Origin: an uncultured Actinomycetota bacterium
GTDB lineage: Bacteria > Actinomycetota > Acidimicrobiia > Acidimicrobiales > SZUA-35
Assembly: GCA_963732695.1 (NCBI GenBank)
Contig: CAVTAP010000012.1
Coordinates: forward strand, 95,601 to 159,600
Direction of reading: 5' to 3'
Length of the DNA stretch: 64,000 bases
This document shows positions 56,543 through 64,000 of this stretch, piece by piece. The position numbers were made by a program, and so were the translations under genes. The notes under the pieces are model-generated. The model saw only the letters and a program-made list of their open reading frames with translations. It was not told where the DNA came from and made no database searches. The stretch's first letter is position 1, and each line of letters begins with the position of its first letter.

Positions 56543-57535
56543 CTAGCGGTGCCGGGAGCGGGGCCGGTTCACCACCAGGGTGAAGGTGGGCACGGCCCGG
56601 TCGGCCCACCGGGCCTTGTACTCCAGGTCCATGCCCAGGTCGTAGGTGCCGGCCTCGCCGGTCTGGCACAGGGCCCGGAGCTGGTGGTGTTGGAGCAGAT
56701 GGCCGACCGACAGCTCGGCCGCCTCCCGGGCGTAGCTGAGCTGCAGCCCCCGGTAGATCCCGGCCCGCACCCCGCCCATGATGTAGCCGACGTCGGCCCC
56801 GCCCAGCCGGGCCACCAGCACCCGCAGCCGCCCCCGGGCCTGGAGCCGGGCCGTCATCTCCCGATAGGTCACGAGCATCTCCGGCGAGGTGATCCCGGTC
56901 TCCTCCCGTCCCTTCCAGCTCCGCCGCTCCACGGCCAGGATCCGGTCGAACACCTGGGGGTCGTGGCTGGCGTCGGTCACCTCCAGCCCCACCTCCTCGG
57001 CCCGCCGGCCGGCCTGGCTCAGGTTGCGGCGGAACCGGGGCGACCGGCGGGTCCACCACGGCTCGTACCCCCCGTCGAGGTCGGCCACCTGGCGCACGAT
57101 GCCGGCCGCCATCCCCACCGGACCCAGCTGGGCCAGGGCCGACGCCACCCGCATGGGGAACGAGGAGTCGCTCACCAGCTCCGGCATCCCCGGCAGCACC
57201 ACCTGATCCCACGGCTCGGCCGCCACCACCCGGGCCACCCGGTCGGCCAGGGCCTCCACGTCCGGGCCGACCAGGGGGGAGGCGAACCCCCACAGGGGTT
57301 CCAGCCCGGCGATGACCCGGCGGCCGTCGCCCAGCCGGTAGCGGGCGAGCAGGGCCCAGCCCGAGCCGTCGGTCAGCACCAGCGGCTCGGCCCCCGCTCC
57401 CGGCCCGAACCCGGCGTACACCGGCAGCACCCAGTCGAGCCCGGAGCACCAGTGATCGACCTCAGGGGTGCGGTCCACGGCCGATTCGAATTCGGACCAC
57501 TGCCGGTCCAGGTCGGCCAGGGAAAGGTGCTTCAC
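56543..57535 (-). CDS. GNAT family (CelD/BcsL, Acetyltransf_6-like) protein
   Basis: RS.RFRRNL, E.RSWKG, LSVGHLL, YDLG..EYKARW; start uncertain. Confidence 0.75.
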   Translation of the reverse strand: MKHLSLADLDRQWSEFESAVDRTPEVDHWCSGLDWVLPVYAGFGPGAGAEPLVLTDGSGWALLARYRLGDGRRVIAGLEPLWGFASPLVGPDVEALADRVARVVAAEPWDQVVLPGMPELVSDSSFPMRVASALAQLGPVGMAAGIVRQVADLDGGYEPWWTRRSPRFRRNLSQAGRRAEEVGLEVTDASHDPQVFDRILAVERRSWKGREETGITSPEMLVTYREMTARLQARGRLRVLVARLGGADVGYIMGGVRAGIYRGLQLSYAREAAELSVGHLLQHHQLRALCQTGEAGTYDLGMDLEYKARWADRAVPTFTLVVNRPRSRHR

Positions 57536-57669
57536 GTCGGGCCCATCATCGGTCGCTCCACCGGAGTTTGTCGCATCATCGAATCCCGCTACTGGCGCTT
57601 GTGTTGCAACTTGGTGAGTCTCGTCATTCCCGAGCCGACCGCCCGAAGCGCACGAGGTAGAAAGAACCA

Positions 57670-58467
57670 ATGGTTTCAGATGATGTGGTCTCGGCTTACG
57701 CGCGCGACGGCGTGGTCGTCGTGCGCGGGCTGATGACATCGGCGGAGCTGGAACTGATCGCAGCCGGCATCGGCAAGGTCCTGGCCAACCGGAGCAGCGC
57801 GGCCCAGGTACTGAGCCTCCCCGAGGACCCCGGGCTGTTCGTCGAAGACTTCTGCCGCTGGGCCGAGATCGACGAGATCGGCAAGGTGGCGCTGCGCTCC
57901 GGTGTGGCCCGCACCGCAGCCGAGCTGATGGATTCGCCAACGGCCCGCTTCTACCACGATCACATCCTGGTGAAGGAGCCCGGCACCGAGGCCGCCACCC
58001 CCTGGCACCAGGACCAGCCCTACTACAACGTGCACGGCCGCGGCATCAGCGCCTGGATCCCGGTGGACCGGGTGCCCAAGGTCGGTTCCCCCGAGTTCTG
58101 GGCCGGCTCCCACCTGGGGCCCTGGCGCCTGCCCCGCTCGTTCCTGGAGCGGGAGGCCAAGTGGTTCCCCGAGGGCACGCTGGCCGAGGTGCCCGACATC
58201 GACGCCGACCGTTCGCTGTACGACATCCGGCGCTGGGAGCTGGAGCCGGGCGACGTGGTCTTCTTCGACTTCGCCACCGTCCACTCGGCCCCCGGCAACC
58301 CCACCGAGAACCGGCGGCGGGTGCTGACCCTGCGCTACCTGGGGGCCGACGCCCGCTTCACCCACCGGCCGTGGAAGACGTCGCCCGAGTTCCCGGGGCT
58401 CAGCCGGGAGCTGGCCGAGGGGGCGGAGCTCGATCACCCCTACTTCCCCCTGGCCTGGCCCCGGTAA
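57670..58467 (+). CDS. Phytanoyl-CoA dioxygenase (PhyH) family
   Basis: TPWHQDQPY, GSH, PGDVVFF..VHSA..N..RR. Confidence 0.9.
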   Translation: MVSDDVVSAYARDGVVVVRGLMTSAELELIAAGIGKVLANRSSAAQVLSLPEDPGLFVEDFCRWAEIDEIGKVALRSGVARTAAELMDSPTARFYHDHILVKEPGTEAATPWHQDQPYYNVHGRGISAWIPVDRVPKVGSPEFWAGSHLGPWRLPRSFLEREAKWFPEGTLAEVPDIDADRSLYDIRRWELEPGDVVFFDFATVHSAPGNPTENRRRVLTLRYLGADARFTHRPWKTSPEFPGLSRELAEGAELDHPYFPLAWPR

Positions 58468-58491
58468 ACGGGCTGGTGCGAGGCCCGAGAG

Positions 58492-59265
58492 TTACCGCCC
58501 CTTCCAGTTGGGGGCGCGCTTCTCGGAGAACGCCTTGGGGCCCTCGATGAAGTCCTCGCTGGTGGCCATGGCCGCCACCGAGTCGTATTTGGCCTTGATC
58601 GACTCCTCCAGCGAGGCCATGTCGAGGCTGCGGTAGACGACGTCCTTCGACGCCCGGACCGACAGCGGGGCGCAGGCGCAGATCATGCCGGCCCATTCCC
58701 GGGCGGTGGCCAGCAGCTCGTCGGCCGGCACCACCTTGTTGACGAAGCCCAGCTCGTAGCCCTCCGAGGCCGGCACATGGCGCCCGGTGAGGATCATGCC
58801 CAGGGCCCGCTTGGAGCCGATCTGGCGGGGGAGCCGCTGGAGGCCGCCGGCCAGGGCGGCCAGGCCCACCCGGGGCTCGGGCAGGGCGAAGGTGGCGGCG
58901 TCGGAGGCGATGATGATGTCGCAGGCCAGGGCGATCTCGAACCCGCCGCCCATGGCCACGCCGTTGACGGCGGCGATCACGGGCTTGGCGAGGTCGAAGC
59001 GGGAGGTGAGGCCGCCGAAGCCGCGCGGCGTGGCCACCCGCTCGCCCCCCTCGGCCTGGTACCGCAGGTCGTTGCCGGCGCTGAAGCCCCGGCCTTCGCC
59101 GGTGATGATGGCCACCCACAGGTCGTCGTCGGCGGCGAAGTCGTCGAAGACGGTGCCCAGCTCCACATTGGCCGGGGGATGCAGGGCGTTGAGCCGGTCG
59201 GGCCGGTTGAGGGTGACCGTCATCACGTGGTCGGTCTTGTCGACCCGGCAGTACTCCAAGTCCAT
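58492..59265 (-). CDS. Enoyl-CoA hydratase (CaiD-like)
   Basis: FSAGNDL, GGGFE, LPEPRVG. Confidence 0.92.
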   Translation of the reverse strand: MDLEYCRVDKTDHVMTVTLNRPDRLNALHPPANVELGTVFDDFAADDDLWVAIITGEGRGFSAGNDLRYQAEGGERVATPRGFGGLTSRFDLAKPVIAAVNGVAMGGGFEIALACDIIIASDAATFALPEPRVGLAALAGGLQRLPRQIGSKRALGMILTGRHVPASEGYELGFVNKVVPADELLATAREWAGMICACAPLSVRASKDVVYRSLDMASLEESIKAKYDSVAAMATSEDFIEGPKAFSEKRAPNWKGR

Positions 59266-59321
59266 CTCGTTCCTCCAGCGCTGGGGTGCCCGGTGCGGGC
59301 CTCGTGTGGTGCGGCCGGCGG

Positions 59322-59972
59322 TCAGCGCCGCCGGGCCGTGGCGCCCATCATGTTCGAGGCGTCGCCCGTGGCGCCAGACACCCGGGAAGGGCTGCCGCCA
59401 GACACCGGGGAGGGGGAGGGCCGCTTGCGCCGGGCCGGCCGCCTGGCGTCGGCGTCGGCCAGCACCCGGTACAGGGTCAGGAACACGACCACAGCCGACA
59501 CCCCGGTGGTGGTCCACCACAGCCAGGGACTGGTGGCGTCGGTGCCGGCGGTGATGGTGTGGACGGTGGCCAGCCAGTAGGTGGCGAACGACGTCATGTG
59601 GATCCGCTTCCACCAGCGGCGGGGCAGGCGGGCCATGGCCAGCGACGTCGCCTCCACCGCCACCAGGGTGTAGAGGGCCAGGATGCCGCCGGCCACCGGC
59701 CACGTCTTGTAGGGCGACGCCAGCGGCACCAGCAGGTCGGCCGGGCCGAACTGCACGTAGCTGTCGGCCACCAGGCCCGCCAGGTGGAGCACGGTGAACA
59801 CGAGGGCCAGGCCGCCCAGGAAGCGGTGGACGTCGAGCAGCCACTTGGGGGTCGACCAGCTCTTGAGCACGCTGGTGGACAGCATCAGGCCCCACACCAC
59901 CGAAAGGGCGAGCAGCACCCAGGCGGTGATCCCGGTGGCCCGGGCCAGGTACCACCACGTCTGGGAGATCAC
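59322..59972 (-). CDS. Ferric reductase-like transmembrane (di-heme b) domain protein
   Basis: WYLARATG, HRFL..LH, WKRIH..VH; GTGA overlap with apbE stop. Confidence 0.88.
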   Translation of the reverse strand: MISQTWWYLARATGITAWVLLALSVVWGLMLSTSVLKSWSTPKWLLDVHRFLGGLALVFTVLHLAGLVADSYVQFGPADLLVPLASPYKTWPVAGGILALYTLVAVEATSLAMARLPRRWWKRIHMTSFATYWLATVHTITAGTDATSPWLWWTTTGVSAVVVFLTLYRVLADADARRPARRKRPSPSPVSGGSPSRVSGATGDASNMMGATARRR

Positions 59973-61027
59973 GAGACGGCTCCCACCGGGAGGCCGGCGG
60001 ACGCCGGGCGGGAGGCGAGGAGAGGGCGCAGCTCGGGCGAGGCGTGCACCTGGCCGGAGCGGTCGACGATCACGGCGGCGGCGTGGTGCACATGGCCCAG
60101 GGCCTGGCCGGCGTCGAGAGTGAACAGGGCCTTGGTCAGGGCCTCGGCCCACCAACCTTCGGCCGCCAGCACGGTGACGGCCACCACGTCGGTTCCGGTG
60201 GGGACACCGGTGAAGGGGTCGAGGAGGTGGTGGACGGGGCGGCCGTGGCGGTCGTGCCAGCGCCGCAGGAGACGGCTGCTGGTGGCCAGGGCGCCGTCGC
60301 CCACGGCCAGGCGGAGCAGCTCCACCTCGGGATCGAAGGGGTCGGCCACCGACAGGGGCCAGTCGCCCTCGTCGGGCCCCCGGCCCCGCACCCGGAGATC
60401 GCCGCCCAGGTTGACCAGGGCGCCCGCCGCGCCGGCGGCCATCAGCTCGCCCGACACCAGGTCGGCGGCCAGGCCTTTGCCGATGCCGCCCGGATCGAGG
60501 CCATGGCCGGTGGCCACCGCCACCGTGCCGGCCTCGGGGTCGATCGCGAGGGCCCCGCCGGGGGCGGCGGCAAGGGCGACGGGCCGGGCCCGGCCGCCGG
60601 CCCCGGTGCCGCCGGCCCCGGCTCCGTCAGCCCCGGCATCGTCGTTGACGCCGGGGGCTCGGTCCCAGGGGAGGGGGGTGGCCGCTTCGGCCGCTGCGAT
60701 CAGGGTGAACGTCCGGTCGTAGCCGGCGGCGAGCAGGGCCGGGAGCTGGGTGGCGTCGAACCGACCGCCGGTCTCCCGGGCCGCCTCCACCGCCCGCCGG
60801 GCCAGCTCGAGGGTCTCGGGTGCCACCGCCACCGGACGGGGGGAGGCGGCGTTGACCAGCGACACGTCGCTGGCCGGGTCGAAGCGGCTCCAGCGGCGTT
60901 CCAGCTCGGCCACCCGGGCCACGGCCCGATCGGCCAGCGCCTCGCCGTCGGCTGACGCGCCGGCTCCGGTCTCGACGATCAGGTGGCAGTCGCTGCCCAT
61001 GGCCCGGAAGCGGCGTTCAGCTGCCAT
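59969..61027 (-). CDS. apbE: FAD:protein FMN transferase
   Basis: AMGS, SRF..SDVS.VN, FDAT, DPGGIGKG, NLGGD, ATS, HHLLDP. Confidence 0.93.
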   Translation of the reverse strand: MAAERRFRAMGSDCHLIVETGAGASADGEALADRAVARVAELERRWSRFDPASDVSLVNAASPRPVAVAPETLELARRAVEAARETGGRFDATQLPALLAAGYDRTFTLIAAAEAATPLPWDRAPGVNDDAGADGAGAGGTGAGGRARPVALAAAPGGALAIDPEAGTVAVATGHGLDPGGIGKGLAADLVSGELMAAGAAGALVNLGGDLRVRGRGPDEGDWPLSVADPFDPEVELLRLAVGDGALATSSRLLRRWHDRHGRPVHHLLDPFTGVPTGTDVVAVTVLAAEGWWAEALTKALFTLDAGQALGHVHHAAAVIVDRSGQVHASPELRPLLASRPASAGLPVGAVS

Positions 61028-61658
61028 GGCTCTTGCTCACCGGAGGGGCCGCTGTCGCCCGGGGGGCGGGGGCGGTGGGGAGCGGTGCCGCCGTCACCCG
61101 CTGGGGGGTGGTGGTGGCGGGGCCGCCCTCGACGGTGGTGGGCGGGACGGTGATCGCCGTCGGGGCCGGGAACGACGTGACGGGAGCCGGAGCGGCCACG
61201 CCGGCCGGGCCGGCGCTCTGGGCGGCGGCCGCGTCGGCGGCGGCATCGGCGGCGTTCTGGGCGGCGGCCGACCGGGCCATCGCCCCCACCATCACCAGGG
61301 TGGCGATCACGCTCACGCTGGCCACGAACCGGCGGCTGGCGTCGGCCGGGTGGGAGGAACGGCCGGCGCCGGGCGAGGCAGCGGAGGGACGGCTGCTTCG
61401 CTTCGGCGCCGGCCCGGCGACCGGGCCCGCTGAGGGGAGCGGGGCCCGGTTGCTCGTCCGGCCGGAGACCGGAGGCCGGGAGGGGGCGTTGGTGGCGGCA
61501 GTGGTGCCGCTGCGGAGGCTGGCCGGGATGCGCTCCCGGGGAGCCCGAGGGGCTCCCCCAGGTGTTGGCCGAAGGCCAACCCGAGGAGCCCGAGGGGCTC
61601 CCCCAGGTGTTGGCCGAAGGCCAACCCGAGGAGCCCGAGGGGCTCCCTCAGTCGTCAT
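61017..61658 (-). CDS. Single-TM protein with Pro/Thr-rich linker ending ...SKSHGS
   Basis: Overlaps both neighbours; TM FVASVSVIATLVMVGAMA; start uncertain. Confidence 0.65.
   Translation of the reverse strand: MTTEGAPRAPRVGLRPTPGGAPRAPRVGLRPTPGGAPRAPRERIPASLRSGTTAATNAPSRPPVSGRTSNRAPLPSAGPVAGPAPKRSSRPSAASPGAGRSSHPADASRRFVASVSVIATLVMVGAMARSAAAQNAADAAADAAAAQSAGPAGVAAPAPVTSFPAPTAITVPPTTVEGGPATTTPQRVTAAPLPTAPAPRATAAPPVSKSHGS
61541..61647. repeat. 45-bp tandem repeat x2.4 with two internal hairpins (MIRU-like)
   Basis: gagcccgaggggctcccccaggtgttggccgaaggccaacccgag at 61541 and 61586, partial at 61631. Confidence 0.9.
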
Positions 61659-62040
61659 CGTCCGAGCCTTCGTACTCGTGCTCGTGCTCACGTTCTTCGT
61701 GCTCGCCGTCCTCGTACTCGCCGCCCCCGGAGGCGACCGAGCTACCGGCGGAGATCGAGACCGGCTCGGCCCCGGCCGAGCGAACGGGGGGGAGGGTGGC
61801 GACGGTGGCGGGGGTCTCGACCTCGGCCGTGGCCGGGGGAGCGATGTTGGTGGGAGTGATGGTGGTGGGGCTCTCGACGACCTGCTCGGTTGAGGCGGTG
61901 GCGAGCACCGACGGCGTCCCACCGGGGCTGGCGTCGGCCGCACCGCCGAGGATGGCGGAGTTGAGGGCGGTGGCCGCTCCGGCGGCGAACATGGTCCCGG
62001 TGATGGCAGCGGCTGTGGCGAGGGCTGATCTGCGCTTCAT
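61648..62040 (-). CDS. Secreted protein with acidic His-rich tail
   Basis: Signal MKRRSALATAAA..; C-terminus EYEDGEHEEREHEHEYEGSDDDD. Confidence 0.8.
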   Translation of the reverse strand: MKRRSALATAAAITGTMFAAGAATALNSAILGGAADASPGGTPSVLATASTEQVVESPTTITPTNIAPPATAEVETPATVATLPPVRSAGAEPVSISAGSSVASGGGEYEDGEHEEREHEHEYEGSDDDD

Positions 62041-62047
62041 GTCCCTG

Positions 62048-62103
62048 ACCGTAACGAAACCCCTGGTAACGACGGGCCAGGCCAGGGTTAAGGCTCGGTA
62101 AGG
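62048..62103 (-). promoter_or_regulatory. Leaderless -10 plus OmpR-type repeats
   Basis: TACGGT 7 nt before ATG 62040; TAA(C/G)G at 62067, 62089, 62099. Confidence 0.5.
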
Positions 62104-62122
62104 AACAAGCGGTCACAAGGAC

Positions 62123-63526
62123 CTATGTCAAGGGCGACGAGGCAGGGGCGGCGAGGGTGATGCTGGCGTCGAGCCCCGTTCCGTCGGGCCCGTCGGCCAG
62201 CTCGGCCCGGCCCCCGTTCGCCGCCATCAGGTCGGCCACGATGGCCAGGCCGAGGCCGGATCCGGCCCGGCCCGATCCGGGGGCCCGCCAGAAGCGGTCG
62301 AAGGCCCGGGCCCGCTGCCCGGCCGTCATCCCGGGGCCGTCGTCCACCACGTGGGCCGAGATCTCGCCGTCGGCCCGGCGGCCCTGCAGCCGCACCGTGC
62401 CCCCGGCCGGGGTGACGCCGATGGCGTTGTCGAGCAGGTTGTCGAGCACCGTGTCGAGCGTTCCCGGCACCGCTCGGACCACGAGGTCGGGGTCCTCCGG
62501 CCCGAAGTCGAGATCGAGGGTGACACCCTGGGCCTCGGCCACGGGAGTCCAGCGCTCCCACCGCTCCACCAGCACCTGGGCCAGGTCGACCTCGGCCGTG
62601 GGCGGGGCCGTCCCGCCGGCCCGGGCCAGCACGAGCAGGCTGTCGACCAGGTGGTTCAGCCGGTCGACCTCGCTGAGGGCGGCCTCGACCTTGGCCTGGT
62701 CGGCGCCGCCGGGGGCCCCGTCGATCGTCTCCAGCCGGAGCCGCAGGGCGGTGAGAGGGCTGCGGAGCTGGTGGGAGGCGTCGGCCGTGAACGCCCGTTG
62801 ACCCTCCACCAGGCGCTGGAGCCGCTCGGCCATCCGGTTGAAGGTGACGGCCAGGCTGCGCAGCTCGGGCGGGCCGGCGTCGTCGGGCACCCGCTGGCTC
62901 AGGTCGCCCCGGGCCAGGGCCTCGGCCCCGTTGCGTACGGCCCGGACCGGGCTGGTGATACTGACGGCCAGGGCGTAGGCGATGGCCGTGACGGTCGCCA
63001 GCACCACCACGCTCAGCAGGGCGAGCTGGAGCCAGACGGCCCGGATCTTCTCGTCGATCTTGGACGTCGGGTAGGTGATCCGCACCGCCCCGTGGATGTT
63101 GCCGCCCGAGGTCACGGGCACGGCGGCGTAGAGGAAGGCGGCCTTCAGGCTCTCCGAGTAGCGGACGTCGCTGACCGACCCCCGTCCGCTCAGCGCCGTC
63201 TGGAACTCCACGCGGGTGGAGAAGTCCCGGGGGGCGCCGTCGGGGTCGGCGGAGTCGAGCACCGAGATCCCCCGCTCGTCCACGATCACCACCCGGGCGC
63301 CGTTGATCGCCTTCACGTAGGTGTCCACCTTCGGGCCGACGTCGAGCGGCGCACCCGATTCCAGGGTGTCCTCCACCAGGGCGGCGAAGTAGTCGGCCTC
63401 GCTCTCCACCTGAAACTCGAGCCGGCTCCGCTCCCGGGAGGCGAACGTGACCCCCAGCGGGTACACCAGCACCACCAGGGCGAACAGGGCGATGCCGAGG
63501 TACGACAGCACCAGCCGTCGGGTCAT
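62123..63526 (-). CDS. HAMP sensor histidine kinase
   Basis: 2 TM, HAMP, ASHQLRSPL, NLLDNA, DDGPG, GSGLGL; start could be GTG 63574. Confidence 0.92.
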   Translation of the reverse strand: MTRRLVLSYLGIALFALVVLVYPLGVTFASRERSRLEFQVESEADYFAALVEDTLESGAPLDVGPKVDTYVKAINGARVVIVDERGISVLDSADPDGAPRDFSTRVEFQTALSGRGSVSDVRYSESLKAAFLYAAVPVTSGGNIHGAVRITYPTSKIDEKIRAVWLQLALLSVVVLATVTAIAYALAVSITSPVRAVRNGAEALARGDLSQRVPDDAGPPELRSLAVTFNRMAERLQRLVEGQRAFTADASHQLRSPLTALRLRLETIDGAPGGADQAKVEAALSEVDRLNHLVDSLLVLARAGGTAPPTAEVDLAQVLVERWERWTPVAEAQGVTLDLDFGPEDPDLVVRAVPGTLDTVLDNLLDNAIGVTPAGGTVRLQGRRADGEISAHVVDDGPGMTAGQRARAFDRFWRAPGSGRAGSGLGLAIVADLMAANGGRAELADGPDGTGLDASITLAAPASSPLT

Positions 63527-63585
63527 GGTGAGACGAGGCATCGTCGGTCGGGTCACCGTGAGGCGCCTGGACACGGGCCGCCCGC

Positions 63586-64000
63586 CTACCGGGGGTCGAA
63601 CCGGTAGCCGACGCCCCGGATGGTGGCGATCCAGCTGGCGTCGCCCAGCTTGCGGCGCACGGCCGCCACGTGCACGTCGAGGGTCTTGGTCGACCCCCAC
63701 CAGTTGGGGTCCCAGACCTCGTCGATGATCTTCTCCCGGGTGAACACGGCGCCGGGATCGGAGGCCAGGAGGGCCAGGAGGTCGTACTCCCGGGGGGCAA
63801 GATCGAGCTCTCGCCCGTCCACCGTCACCCGCCGGGACCGGCGGTCGATCTCCAGCGGGCCGAACACCTGGTGTCCGCCGGCGCCGTCTCCGGCCCCGGT
63901 CATGGCCCCGGCCGCCGGGTCGACGCCCTCGGCCGCCGGCTCGGGCCGGGCCCGGCGCAGCACGGCCCGCATCCGGGCCACCAGCTCCCGCAACCCGAAC
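63586..64000 (-). CDS. OmpR-family response regulator (partial, 5' end outside window)
   Basis: RELVARMRAVLRR, REYDLL, TLDVHV..RRKLG, TIRGVGYR. Confidence 0.92.
   Translation of the reverse strand, partial: FGLRELVARMRAVLRRARPEPAAEGVDPAAGAMTGAGDGAGGHQVFGPLEIDRRSRRVTVDGRELDLAPREYDLLALLASDPGAVFTREKIIDEVWDPNWWGSTKTLDVHVAAVRRKLGDASWIATIRGVGYRFDPR

Overview
High-GC (about 70%) actinobacterial chromosomal segment, most consistent with Acidimicrobiia (inferred from gene content and TANNNT-type leaderless promoters). It holds about 55 genes. Most are for lipid/aromatic/F420-type catabolism (acyl-CoA dehydrogenases, crotonases, LLM oxidoreductases, SDR, CoA transferase, PhyH dioxygenases), DNA repair (lhr, nei) and the cell envelope (class A PBP, LysM, PG-binding DUF2272). 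Also present are pgi with a 1-nt frameshift, a vanY-vanR-vanS glycopeptide-response cassette without vanHAX, and an ApbE/ferric-reductase-like/two-component locus. No rRNA, tRNA, CRISPR array or classical transposase was seen. The most unusual signal is an orphan AbiEi-like/DUF559 nuclease gene (28242-29141) bracketed by two inverted ~50-bp hairpins. A third, gene-free hairpin at 49662-49711 shares their ends and centre but has a different, compensated stem. A second family of 48-bp hairpin doublets occurs at 7016 and 12361. Together these suggest a REP/REPIN-like system served by a non-RAYT enzyme (inference). A second candidate system is a co-oriented trio at the left edge: stand-alone CHAT protease, permuted papain-like enzyme and SARP-STAND regulator. 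Family assignments come from motif recognition by eye, not database searches.
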